Shown: positions 26,801 to 39,500 of the stretch, in pieces
How positions within the stretch are numbered: position 1 is the first letter of the stretch
How the letters are laid out: each line of letters begins with the position of its first letter
Assembly (NCBI GenBank): GCA_950097015.1
Contig: CATNEN010000005.1
Span: forward strand, 2,480,001-2,544,000
DNA from: Macrostomum hystrix
Lineage: Eukaryota > Animalia > Platyhelminthes
Reading direction: 5' to 3'
DNA: 64,000 bases
Notes under the pieces: model-generated
What the model saw: the letters and a program-made list of their open reading frames with translations, nothing else
The model's database searches: none
Told to the model about the DNA's origin: nothing
Made by a program: the position numbers and the translations under genes

Positions 26801-29800
26801 TGAGGCGGATGAGGCAGATGAGACAGATGAGACAGATGAGACAGATAAGAGAGATGAGGCAGATGAGACAGATAAGAGAGATGAGGCAGATGAGACAGAT
26901 AAGAGAGAGATGAGGCAGATGAGACAGATAAGAGAGATGAGGCAGATGAGACAGATAAGAGAGAGATGAGGCAGATGAGACAGATAAGAGAGAGATGAGG
27001 CAGATGAGACAGATAGGAGAGAGATGAGGCAGATGAGACAGATAAGAGAGATGAGGCAGATGAGACAGATAAGAGAGAGATGAGGCAGATGAGACAGATA
27101 AGAGAGAGATGAGGCAGATGAGACAGATAAGAGAGAGATGAGGCAGATGAGACAGATAGGAGAGAGATGAGGCAGATGAGACAGATAAGAGAGATGAGGC
27201 AGATGAGACAGATAAGAGAGATGAGGCAGATGAGACAGATAGGAGAGAGATGAGGCAGATGAGACAGATAAGAGAGATGAGGCAGATGAGACAGATAAGA
27301 GAGAGATGAGGCAGATGAGACAGATAAGAGAGAGATGAGGCAGATGAGACAGATAAGAGAGAGATGAGGCAGATGAGACAGATAGGAGAGAGATGAGGCA
27401 GATGAGACAGATAAGAGAGATGAGGCAGATGAGACAGATAAGAGAGATGAGGCAGATGAGACAGATAGGAGAGAGATGAGGCAGATGAGACAGATAAGAG
27501 AGATGAGGCAGATGAGACAGATAAGAGAGATGAGGCAGATGAGACAGATAAGAGAGAGATGAGGCAGATGAGACAGATAAGAGAGATGAGGCAGATGAGA
27601 CAGATAAGAGAGATGAGGCAGATGAGACAGATAGGAGAGAGATGAGGCAGATGAGACAGATAAGAGAGATGAGGCAGATGAGACAGATAAGAGAGATGAG
27701 GCAGATGAGACAGATAAGAGAGAGATGAGGCAGATGAGACAGATAAGAGAGAGATGAGGCAGATGAGACAGATAGGAGAGAGATGAGGCAGATGAGACAG
27801 ATAAGAGAGATGAGGCAGATGAGACAGATAAGAGAGATGAGGCAGATGAGACAGATAGGAGAGAGATGAGGCAGATGAGACAGATAGGAGAGAGATGAGG
27901 CGGATGAGACAGATGAGACAGATGAGACAGATGAGACAGATAAGAGAGATGAGGCGGATGAGACAGATGAGACAGATGAGACAGATGAGACAGATAAGAG
28001 AGATGAGGCAGATGAGACAGATGAGAGAGATGAGGCAGATGAGACAGATAGGAGAGAGATGAGACAGATGAGACAGATAGGAGAGAGATGAGGCAGATGA
28101 GACAGATAGGAGAGAGATGAGGCGGATGAGACAGATGAGACAGATGAGACAGATGAGACAGATAAGAGAGATGAGGCGGATGAGACAGATGAGAGAGATG
28201 AGGCAGATGAGACAGATGAGAGATATGAGACAGATAAGAGAGATGAGGCAGATAAGAGAGATGAGGCAGATGAGACAGATAGGAGAGAGATGAGACAGAT
28301 AGGAGAGAGATGAGACAGATAGGAGAGAGATGAGACAGATAAGAGAGATGAGGCGGATGAGACAGATGAGACAGATGAGAGATATGAGACAGATAAGTCA
28401 TTCAGCAGAACACAGATATCAGACAAACTTTGAAGGAGTAATCTTTGAAATACAACGAATAAAAAATGAAATTCTTGGCAGACAGATTTGAACCAAGCAA
28501 GATAAGAAAATGATTTTATTGCATTTTTTATGTTCTAACGATAATGGCAGAGTTTGACTGTCTTCTTGTCTCTTGAGAATATTTTCTTATAATGATTACT
28601 TCTCCAAGCTTAAATTAAACGCATTCGTCTTTACTGTCTGAAACTCGAAATAAAGTTGTATCGAGAACTCTAACTAATTTACTTCTGGAGAAGAATAGTT
28701 AAAAAAGTTGAAAATAAAAAAAAACTGGAAATTATTAGAAACAGGAGAAGCATAAAAATAGTAATAATATTTGCAAGAGGGCTGCGGGCAGTGGCGCATC
28801 ATTTGGTGACACTAGACCCGCAGCCAGCGAGGAGGCAATTCTGCCCATTTCGCTGACTCCTGAGCACACACGCACACAGATACTGTACTCAGGCACACGC
28901 TTACACAGGTGTGTACATCTGCCCTGACTTTCTCATCGTCAGGCAGTGTACACTCTTACTGTGCCTTCGTCTTGTCTATACAGTATACAGTGAAGCATAC
29001 TCCACCAATTAAGCATGAAAAGCATAAGAAACAAGTGAGCATTATTGATCAAAAGCAATGCCCAGTTCTCACCCTAGACTCGCCGTAGACTCCTGACGCC
29101 GCAGTCCAATTAAATCTGAGGAAATTGAGATTGTGCGACAGTGCAATTCCACGAGGAGATAAAAAGTCCAACGGTGGATGGGCCAGGGCCGTGTCGTTTA
29201 GGACCAGGTGATATGCCGATTGGATCAGCGCGTTGTGCAGCTCGGTTGATTGTCCTGCGAATTGTGCAGATATGAGGCCAAATATTCATTAGCATCTGAA
29301 TCTTGATCAATAGATTTGCAGCTAGATCAATAGATTTGCAGCTAGATCAATAGATTTGCAGCTAGATAAATAGATTTGCAGCTAGATAAATAGATTTGCA
29401 GCTAGATAAATAGATTTGCAGCTAGATCAATAGATTTGCAGCTAGATCAATAGATTTGCAGCTAGATAAATGGATTTGCAGCTAGATCAATAGATTTGCA
29501 GCTAGATCAATAGATTTGCAGCTAGATCAATAGATTTGCAGCTAGATCAATAGATTTGCAGCTAGATAAATAGATTTGCAGCTAGATCAATAGATTTGCA
29601 GCTAGATAAATAGATTTGCAGCTAGATAAATAGATTTGCAGCTAGATAAATAGATGTACTGCTAGATCAATTCGCAGCATTACCAAAACAGAAAAAAAAT
29701 TACAAATAGACAAACAGCTAGACCAGCAGACTAGCAGCTAGACCAGCAGACTAGCAGCTAGACCAGCAGACTAACAGCTAGACCAGCAGACTAACAGCTA

Positions 29801-30105
29801 GTCCAGCAGACTAACAGCTAGACCAGCAGACTAACAGCTAGACCAGCAGACTAACAGCTAGACTAGCAGACTAACAGCTAGACTAGCAGACTAACAGCTA
29901 GACTAGCAGACTAACAGCTTGAAAGTATCTCACTTGGCTTGCATCTGCTTGCTCGCAGTGGTCTCCTAGAAGACAGAAACTGCATCCAGTCGAACACCTG
30001 GGACAATGTAGATCGGTCTAGCCAGAGATTGAGGCCGTTCGCTCCGGTTGTTGCAACCAGCACGAGCAGTGACATTGTGAGCAGTATTGGTCTAGACACT
30101 GGCAT
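23829..30105 (-). CDS. Secreted WIF-domain protein, 260 aa, with Arg/Cys-rich tail; exons 30105-29934, 29254-29073, 25697-25592, 25494-25351, 24007-23829
   Basis: Signal peptide MPVSRPILLTMSLLVLVATTGANG, then LNLWLD, HNLNFLRFNWTAA, PILSIASRGFVP, FLIELHCTG, FKKAC, all WIF-domain hallmarks. Exon lengths 172+182+106+144+179=783 nt; phases 1,0,1,1 are consistent. Confidence 0.9.
24165..25250. repeat. 40-bp minisatellite ACAATTCAGTATCTAACATGTTTGTACTACTGTAACATGT, in WIF-gene intron 4
   Basis: Exact period 40. Confidence 0.97.
25830..28397. repeat. Purine-rich minisatellite of 9/11-bp modules (GAGGCAGAT, GAGACAGAT, A(A/G)GAGAGAT; 27-29-bp units), in WIF-gene intron 2
   Basis: Direct reading; source of the artefact ORFs 25750-28426. 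Confidence 0.97.
28771..28967 (-). mobile_element. SINE family A, 3' half, reverse orientation, in WIF-gene intron 2
   Basis: Reverse complement matches GATGAGAAAGTCAGGGCAGATG...GCTCAGGAGTCAGCGAAATGGGCAGAATTGCC...CCCGCAGCCCTC. Confidence 0.88.
29305..29670. repeat. 20-bp minisatellite TAGATTTGCAGCTAGAT(C/A)AA, in WIF-gene intron 1
   Basis: Exact period 20. Confidence 0.96.
29715..29918. repeat. 20-bp minisatellite GACCAGCAGACTAACAGCTA, in WIF-gene intron 1
   Basis: Exact period 20. Confidence 0.95.
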
Positions 30106-30729
30106 GGTTACTAATTTTCTACTGATCTTAAATTCAACGGATCGAAAATGTTTCTTTTCAGAATAAATAAAAAATCGTTGTCAAATTTGTTCTATATTGT
30201 CTTCTTGTGCTTGTATTACGCAGACGAGATAGCAGAAAAATTGTGAGAACCTCCTCGCTGTACAGACGAGCAGCACAGAAATTGTAAAGACGGAAGGCGT
30301 AGGTGTAGGAGGGTTATGGCCTGTTTTTCATTCGTTGAATTTTTCTAGCTAAATAGCTAATGCAAATTTTGTCTTGAATAAATGCACTAAAACTGTAGCT
30401 TGGCTTGCCTGAAGAAAAACTAATTACTCATTCTAATACTCCTCAGCTTTGGCTAAAACACCTACGCAATTTTACTCAAATTTAGTCTGCCTAACTCGCT
30501 TGTTATAGTTATTTAAGAAAGTGAGTCCCCCTGCTTTCAAAATAGGCAAATAGCACAAGCTGGACGTGTGCCTTGTACTAGTATTCCATTACTGCTTCAA
30601 CTTCTAGTTGAACTTGATTCAACTTAGTCAACAAATAGAGACAACTCAACAGACAGGTGGAACAGTCTGGGCAGTCTGTCTCTTAGCCTAATTTGTTATT
30701 CTAAAATCTGATAACTGTTACCATACAAT

Positions 30730-32520
30730 GAGCCATTCATGGTGTTAGACATGGGCTATTCATGGTGTTAGACATGGAGTATTCATGGTGTTAGACATGG
30801 AGTATTCATGGTGTTAGACATGGGCTATTCATGGTGTTAGACATGGGCTATTCATGGTGTTAGACATTGGCTATTCATGGTGTTAGACATGGGCTATTCA
30901 TGGTGTTAGACATGGAATATTCATGGTGTTAGACATGGAATATTCATGGTGTTAGACATGGAGTATTCATGGTGTTAGACATGGAATATTCATGGTGTTA
31001 GACATGGAGTATTCATGGTGTTAGACATGGGCTATTCATGGTGTTAGACATGGAATATTCATGGTGTTAGACATGGAATATTCATGGTGTTAGACATGGA
31101 GTATTCATGGTGTTAGACATGGAATATTCATGGTGTTAGACATGGAGTATTCATGGTGTTAGACATGGAGTATTCATGGTGTTAGACATGGGCTATTCAT
31201 GGTGTTAGACATGGAGTATTCATGGTGTTAGACATGGAATATTCATGGTGTTAGACATGGGCTATTCATGGTGTTAGACATGGGCTATTCATGGTGTTAG
31301 ACATGGGCTATTCATGGTGTTAGACATGGGCTATTCATGGTGTTAGACATGGAGTATTCATGGTGTTAGACATGGAGTGTTCATGGTGTTAGACATGGGC
31401 TATTCATGGTGTTAGACATGGAATATTCATGGTGTTAGACATGGAATATTCATGGTGTTAGACATGGAGTATTCATGGTGTTAGACATGGAGTATTCATG
31501 GTGTTAGACATGGGCTATTCATGGTGTTAGACATGGAGTATTCATGGTGTTAGACATGGAATATTCATGGTGTTAGACATGGAGTATTCATGGTGTTAGA
31601 CATGGGCTATTCATGGTGTTAGACATGGGCTATTCATGGTGTTAGACATGGGCTATTCATGGTGTTAGACATGGAGTATTCATGGTGTTAGACATGGAGT
31701 GTTCATGGTGTTAGACATGGAGTGTTCATGGTGTTAGACATGGAATATTCATGGTGTTAGACATGGAGTATTCATGGTGTTAGACATGGAGTATTCATGG
31801 TGTTAGACATGGAGTATTCATGGTGTTAGACATGGAGTATTCATGGTGTTAGACATGGAGTATTCATGGTGTTAGACATGGAGTATTCATGGTGTTAGAC
31901 ATGGAGTATTCATGGTGTTAGACATGGAGTATTCATGGTGTTAGACATGGAGTATTCATGGTGTTAGACATGGAATATTCATGGTGTTAGACATGGAGTA
32001 TTCATGGTGTTAGACATGGAGTATTCATGGTGTTAGACATGGGCTATTCATGGTGTTAGACATGGAGTATTCATGGTGTTAGACATGGAGTATTCATGGT
32101 GTTAGACATGGGCTATTCATGGTGTTAGACATGGGCTATTCATGGTGTTAGACATGGAGTATTCATGGTGTTAGACATGGGCTATTCATGGTGTTAGACA
32201 TTGGCTATTCATGGTGTTAGACATGGGCTATTCATGGTGTTAGACATGGAATATTCATGGTGTTAGACATTGAGTATTCATGGTGTTAGACATGGGCTAT
32301 TCATGGTGTTAGACATGGAATATTCATGGTGTTAGACATGGAATATTCATGGTGTTAGACATGGAGTATTCATGGTGTTAGACATGGAGTATTCATGGTG
32401 TTAGACATGGAGTATTCATGGTGTTAGACATGGGCAATTCATGGTGTTAGACATGGGCTATTCATGGTGTTAGACATGGGCTATTCATGGTGTTAGACAT
32501 GGGCTATTCATGGTGTTAGA
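30730..32520. repeat. 23-bp minisatellite ATTCATGGTGTTAGACATGG(AGT/GCT/AAT)
   Basis: Period 23; variation confined mostly to a 3-nt slot. Confidence 0.98.
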
Positions 32521-32974
32521 CTTCGAAACGAAGTCGACAGCAAGACATGAACTTTTTATTCAGACAAGTAAGATTGACTGATAACCCATTAGATTCGTTC
32601 ACTTTAAAGAAGAAGACAACAGAAATGTTAGCAAATTTCTAAAGATTTCTTGCTGCGTTTGCAGATACTTTCAACAGCTTTTGATAGATAAGCACTCTCA
32701 GCAGAGTCGCAATTAGCGCGCAGATACCTTTGGCTCATATAAAACACTTCTTCTAATTTCAATTTGTCTACTCTTATCTTGAAATTTATTTCAATGACAA
32801 CACTGCTTCTGGCAATCTACATATGAATCTATATATAATCTTGAAGGTGTTAAAAAGAATAAACAGTCGTTTCTTATTACAAAATTTTAGCAGCAGTTTA
32901 CACAATTCCAGATCCAGAGATGTTAAGTCAGCGATATAACCCTGATACCAGCTAACCTGCAATATCTAGACATC

Positions 32975-34170
32975 TAACCAACGCGCACGTGCCTCAAATC
33001 ACCAATCTCACGCCGTCTCCACGCACCCACCTCAAGCGGTGCCTCAACACCCACCTCCCGACGTGCCTCCACGCATCCACCTCCCGACGTGCCTCCACGC
33101 ATCCACCTCACGCCGTGCCGCCACGCATCCACCTCACGCCGTGCCTCCATGCATCCACCTCACGCCATGCCTCCATGCATCCACCTCACGCCGTGCCTTC
33201 AAGCACCCACTTCAAGCGGTGCCTCCACACCCACCTCACGCGGTGCCTCAGCACCCACCTCCCGACGTGCCTCTACGCATCCACCACACGCCGTGCCTCC
33301 AAGCACCCACCTCAAGCCGTGCCTCCACGCATCCACCTCCCGACGTGCCTCCACGCATCCACCTCACGCCGTGCCGCCACGCATCCACCTCACGCCATGC
33401 CTCCATGCATCCACCTCACGCCGTGCCTTCAAGCACCCACTTCACGCGGTGCCTCCACACCCACCTCACGCGGTGCCTCAGCACCCACCTCCCGACGTGC
33501 CTCTACGCATCCACCACACGCCGTGCCTCCAAGCACCCACCTCAAGCCGTGCCTCCACGCATCCACCTCCCGACGTGCCTCCACGCATCCACCTCACGCC
33601 GTGCCGCCACGCATCCACCTCACGCCGTGCCTCCATGCATCCCTCACGCCGTGCCTCCATGCATCCACCTCACGCCATGCCTCCATGCATCCACCTCACG
33701 CCGTGCCTTCAAGCACCCACATCACGCGGTGCCTCAGCACCCACCTCCCGACGTGCCTCCACGCATCCACCTCCCGACGTGCCTCCACGCATCCACCTCA
33801 CGCCGTGCCGCCACGCATCCACCTCACGCCGTGCCTCCATGCATCCACCTCACGCGGTGCCTCCACACCCACCTCACGCGGTGCCTCCACACCCACCTCA
33901 CGCGGTGCCTCCACACCCACCTCACGCGGTGCCTCAACACCCACCTCCCGACGTGCCTCTACGCATCCACCTCACGCCGTGCCTCCAAGCACCCACCTCA
34001 AGCCGTGCCTCCACACATTCACCTCATGACGTGCCTTCAAGCACCCACCTCACGCCGTGCCTCTAAGCACTTACCTCACGCCGTGTCTCCAAGCAACCAC
34101 CTCACGACGTGCCTTCAAGCACCCACCTCACGCCGTGCCACCAAGCACCCACCTCACGCCGTGGCTCAAC
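32975..34170. repeat. GC-rich 26-bp minisatellite CCACCTCACGCCGTGCCTCCACGCAT
   Basis: 26-aa periodicity in all three + frames. Confidence 0.95.
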
Positions 34171-35682
34171 GCATAGTTTTTTAAAATAAAACAGAATGTC
34201 GTCCGAAACAAGCGAAAAAGCGAATTGCGTACTTTGGTTCAAGCAGCCACTTATTATAATTTACAAGGACTAATTGTTAAGTGTTTCATAGAATCAAAAT
34301 ATTTATTTCAAAAAACATAAAATTCAGGCATAATTGACGTTATCAAACTAAAGTCTGACGTTTCAGCAATAGAAAGAGCAATTTAAGTGAAGTTTTTGTT
34401 CTAATTTAGAACAAAGGAAGACATTCGTAAAGTAATCTGGAAATTTCATTCAGAAACCTGTCACGAAGAAGGAAAACAATGACAATAGGTAAAAAATATT
34501 GAAAGTAGACACATTTTTTCTAGTCTTCATTTTATGCAAGATAAAATTCTATCAGGCAAACTGGTTAAGAATTCTTGAAAATTATCTGTAGTACCATTTA
34601 CCAATAACGAAAGCTACAAAACCTACTCATGCATACATTTTCGAACAAATGCTGGATTTAAACTACTTCTAAGTAGTAATCCGAGAGTTAATCACCTGTT
34701 GAAAAAGTTGTTAGTCAAAAAGGTTTGGTAAAATGTACGAAAAAGATAATTTTGTTTTGAATATGAAGCCACGGAACCAGAACTTTTTGGGCGCTCATAA
34801 CTTTCTATCTACTCAAAACTACTGTTAGTAAAGCAAAAAATCTATCAGAGAATACGTTAAGCACAGAAGGAAAGTGTGAAATTAATCAGTTTTATATTTA
34901 TATATGATTTAAGTTACAGCACGTTGACGAAAAAAATGCATCGTCTAAAAAAGCGATCGAATAAAAACACATTTATAGTAATTTTAGTGCAACAGTAAGT
35001 TGAAAGCAAATAAAAGGTAAATGTAAAACATTACAAGTTTTGGTTACCAAATAAACCGTACATGGCAAATTTCTGAATATATATTTTATATCATGAAGAT
35101 AGATTATGAAAATAATTCAGCAGCAAACATATGACTATATGAGAAAATAGGAACGATTGGAGGAGAGAATAGTAAATAATGAGATGTGATCATTGGGAGT
35201 ATTGGGAGGAGAAACTAGTGAAGAGTGACAAAGGAGAATAGGGAAGATTTAGAAGGGAAGAAAGACTAGCGGCAGAGTGAAGTCGTTTATATTACTTGAT
35301 CATAATAATAAAACACCAAAGCATATTCGAAACATTGGGAAATAACCACAAAGGGCTGAGCCTAACACGAGCAACAATGCGAAAAAAACAATGACATAAA
35401 TTTTTTGATCCTAAACAGTATCTGCAAAATATACATCTGAGCAACAATTATTATTAACAAACAAAGTTGACAAAATTTTAACATTAAAAAAACTCGTGAA
35501 TGAAGACCAGAATAAAATATTGACAATTCTGCCAATTAATTCAGTAATGCAATTCATTGTTAAGAGGTTAAGTACATAGGCATGAAATTTATTAAAACCC
35601 TGATTTTAGAATTAAACAACAGGTTCAACTTTTGTGGTATCTTTCAAGTTTTTTCTGTTATGGGTCCAGTCTGAGAAACAAA

Positions 35683-36388
35683 TACCTGAAGGTCTAGGAA
35701 CGGGGTACTTGAAGTTCTAGGAAACGAGTACCTGAAGGTCTAGGAACGGGGTACCTGAAGTTCTAGGAAACGAGTACCTGAACGTCTAGGAACGGGGTAC
35801 CTGAAGTTCTAGGAAACGAGTACCTGAAGGTCTAGGAACGGGGTACCTGAAGTTCTAGGAAACGAGTACCTGAAGGTCTAGGAACGGGGTACTTGAAGTT
35901 CTAGGAAACGAGTACCTGAAGGTCTAGGAACGGGGTACTGGAAGTTCTAGGAAACGAGTACCTGAAGGTCTAGGAACGGGGTACCTGAAGTTCTAGGAAA
36001 CGAGTACCTGAAGGCCTAGGAACGGGTACTTGAAGTTCTAGGAAACGAGTACCTGAAGGTCTAGGAACGGGGTATCTGAAGTTCTAGGAAACGAGTACCT
36101 GAAGGTCTAGGAACGGGGTACTTGAAGTTCTAGGAAACGAGTACCTGAAGGCCTAGGAACGGGTACTTGAAGTTCTAGGAAACGAGTACCTGAAGGTCTA
36201 GGAACGGGGTACCTGAAGTTCTAGGAAACGAGTACCTGAAGGTCTAGGAACGGGGTACTTGAAGTTCTAGGAAACGAGTACCTGAAGGTCTAGGAACGGG
36301 GTACTTGAAGTTCTAGGAAACGAGTACCTGAAGGTCTAGGAACGGGGTATTTAAAGTTCTAGCAAACGAGTACCTGAAGGTCTAGGAT
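35683..36388. repeat. 46-bp minisatellite = alternating 23-mers TACCTGAAGGTCTAGGAACGGGG / TACTTGAAGTTCTAGGAAACGAG
   Basis: TTCTAGGAAACGAG at 35761 and 35807. Confidence 0.96.
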
Positions 36389-36503
36389 GTAGTGCAACTT
36401 TTAAATAATGTGATAAAAACATCCACAATATGTAAAAGAATGAAAACAAACAAGTAAATCATGATTGGTATGGTAGATTTTTCCTACTCTTCAGTGTTTC
36501 GAC

Positions 36504-39500
36504 TCACAAAGTCAAAACGCATTCCAATGGTAATCGATTTTCTGCGCCAGTTCGATTGAGAATCTCTGACCAAGCGGCGCGCAATTTGTCGGCACTATTA
36601 GCATAGCCGTGACTAGCAATCATGCCTTGAAAGCTGGGCGTTCCAGGATACACCGGACTAAAACTATAGATTCTTTCGGCGTGAAGCGGCACTATGCGCA
36701 ATTTGTGCATCAATATGCCCAGAAACACGTCGTCGAAGCGAAGGTATCTGAATGGAGCAAATTATATTATATAAAAAGTATCTGACTTAGATTGAAAACA
36801 CTTCCGCGTTCGGCGAATAATTTCATATTATTCGCTTTTAAATAATTATTCAATTATCTTTACCTAGCAATTACCTACAATACCTATGCTATAAACAATT
36901 GTTTCGCCGGATAAACACTAATAATTGTCAGAGTGTAAACTATATACTTATATATACCATGTAATTATACACCATCTATGCATACAGCTTGTAACTAGCA
37001 ACTAAATTACAACTGTTGGCTTAAGTAGCTACAAGTAGGTTAGTTACACCTACGGATTAGGATTACCTGTGAGTTACACGTACGGATTAGGATTACCTGT
37101 GAGTTACACCTACGGATTAGGATTACCTGTGAGTTACACGTACGGATTAGGATTACCTGTGAGTTAGACCTACGGATTAGGATTACCTGTGAGTTACACG
37201 TACGGATTAGGATTACCTGTGAGTTACACCTACGGATTAGGATTACCTGTGAGTTACACGTACGGATTAGGATTACCTGTGAGTTACACCTACGGATTGG
37301 GATTAACTGTTAGTTACACGTACGGATTAGGATTACCTGTGAGTTACACCTACGGATTGGGATTAACTGTTAGTTACACGTACGGATTAGGATTACCTGA
37401 GTTACACCTACGGATTAGGATTAACTGTGAGTTACACCTACGGATTAGGATTACCTGTGAGTTACACCTACGGATTAGGATTACCTGTGAGTTACACCTA
37501 CGGATTAGGATTACCTGTGAGTTACACCTACGGATTAGGATTAACTGTGAGTTACACCTACGGATTAGGATTAACTGTGAGTTACACCTACGGATTAGGA
37601 TTACCTGTGAGTTACACCTACGGATTAGGATTACCTGTGAGTTACACCTACGGATTAGGATTACCTGTGAGTTACACCTACGGATTAGGATTAACTGTGA
37701 GTTACACCTACGGATTAGGATTAACTGTGAGTTACACCTACGGATTAGGATTACCTGTGAGTTACACCTACGGATTAGGATTACCTGTGAGTTACACCTA
37801 CGGATTAGGATTAACTGTGAGTTACACGTACGTATTAGGATTAACTGTGAGTTACACGTACGGATTAGGATTAACTGTGAGTTACACGTACGGATTAGGA
37901 TTACCTGTGAGTTACAAGCCAGATAATCTGAGCCCTTTCTCACCTGGTGTATTCCATTGCAATGCTAAAATCCCTGATGATCGGCATAGACACTAGGAAG
38001 GCCCCTGCCGATACATAGGCCGGATACATCGGCCAGGGATATTCCCGGAATGAGATTAGCCAGCGACTTTGGGGATTACGCTTTGGCGCCTTGCGGACCG
38101 GAGCGGCGTTGCGCCAAACAAAGCCAGCCATTGTGCCGGCGTAGGACTCGGCTGGAATAGCCTCGGCGAAGCGAATCAGATTCAGCGGGTTTATTACGTA
38201 GTCGTCGTCTAGGAAGAAGCCAAATCTGGGATTTATAGGAAGAAGTGGGGATAAATTTGGTAGAAAAATTATGCATCAACGAAAATTGTGAGTTAAATAC
38301 GATCGAATTGTGAAAATTGGATGGATAAAATACAATCATATGGGATCGGTGAGGAAAAATGGGATCCAATGGGAATAATAGAATGGAATGGGGTAAAATG
38401 GGATCTTATGGGTAAAAATAGGATCGAATGGGGAAAATTAGGAACAAATAGAGGAAAATTTGAGCAAATGGGGAAAATGGGGACGAATGATGGAAAATGG
38501 GATCGAATGATGAAAAATGGGATCGAATGATGAAAAATGGGATCTAATGATGGAAAATGGGATCGAATGATAGAAAATGGGATCGAATGATGAAAAATGG
38601 GATCGAATGATAGAAAATGGGATCGAATGATGAAAAATGGGATCGAATGATAGAAAATGGGAACGAATGATGGAAAATGGGATCGAATGATGAAAAATGG
38701 GATCGAATGATGGAAAATGGGATCGAATGATGGAAAATGGGATCGAATGATGGAAAATGGGATCGAATGATGAAAAATGGGATCGAATGATGAAAAATGG
38801 GATCTAATGATGGAAAATGGGATCGAATGATAGAAAATGGGATCGAATGATGAAAAATGGGATCGAATGATAGAAAATGGGATCGAATGATGAAAAATGG
38901 GATCGAATGATAGAAAATGGGAACGAATGATGGAAAATGGGATCGAATGATGAAAAATGGGATCGAATGATGGAAAATGGGATCGAATGATGGAAAATGG
39001 GATCGAATGATGAAAAATGGGATCGAATGATGGAAAATGGGATCGAATGATAGAAAATGGGATCGAATGATAGAAAATGGGATCAATTGATGAAAAATGG
39101 GATCGAATGATGGAAAATGGGATCGAATGATGAAAAATGGGATCGAATGATAGAAAATGGGAACGAATGATGGAAAATGGGATCGAATGATGAAAAATGG
39201 GATCGAATGATGGAAAATGGGATCGAATGATGGAAAATGGCATCGAATGATGAAAAATGGGATCGAATGATGGAAAATGGGATTGAATGATGGAAAATGG
39301 GATCGAATGATGGAAAATGGGATTGAATGATGGAAAATGGGATCGAATGATGGAGAATGGGATCGAATGATAGAAAATGGGAACGAATGATGGAAAATGG
39401 GATCGAATGATGAAAAATGGGATCGAATGATGGAAAATGGGATCGAATGATGGAAAATGGCATCGAATGATGAAAAATGGAATCGAATGATGGAAAATGG

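Noticed and set aside
25750-28426. 880-aa ORFs on - and shorter ones on +
   Set aside because: Read-through of a stop-free purine minisatellite lying inside WIF-gene intron 2
30730-32520. CRISPR-like look (constant 20 nt plus a variable slot)
   Set aside because: The variable part is only 3 nt with three recurring states; there are no unique spacers or cas genes, and the context is eukaryotic
32989-34184. His/Pro-rich 325-381-aa ORFs
   Set aside because: All three frames are open with 26-aa periodicity, which is the signature of a 26-bp DNA repeat
37045-37918. Interstitial telomere (TTAGG in GGATTAGGATTA)
   Set aside because: Only one TTAGG per 30-bp unit; no tandem TTAGG/TTAGGG
37189-39463. 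Repetitive ORFs (SYTYGLGLPV, IPFSIIRSHF)
   Set aside because: Intronic arrays of the brn gene
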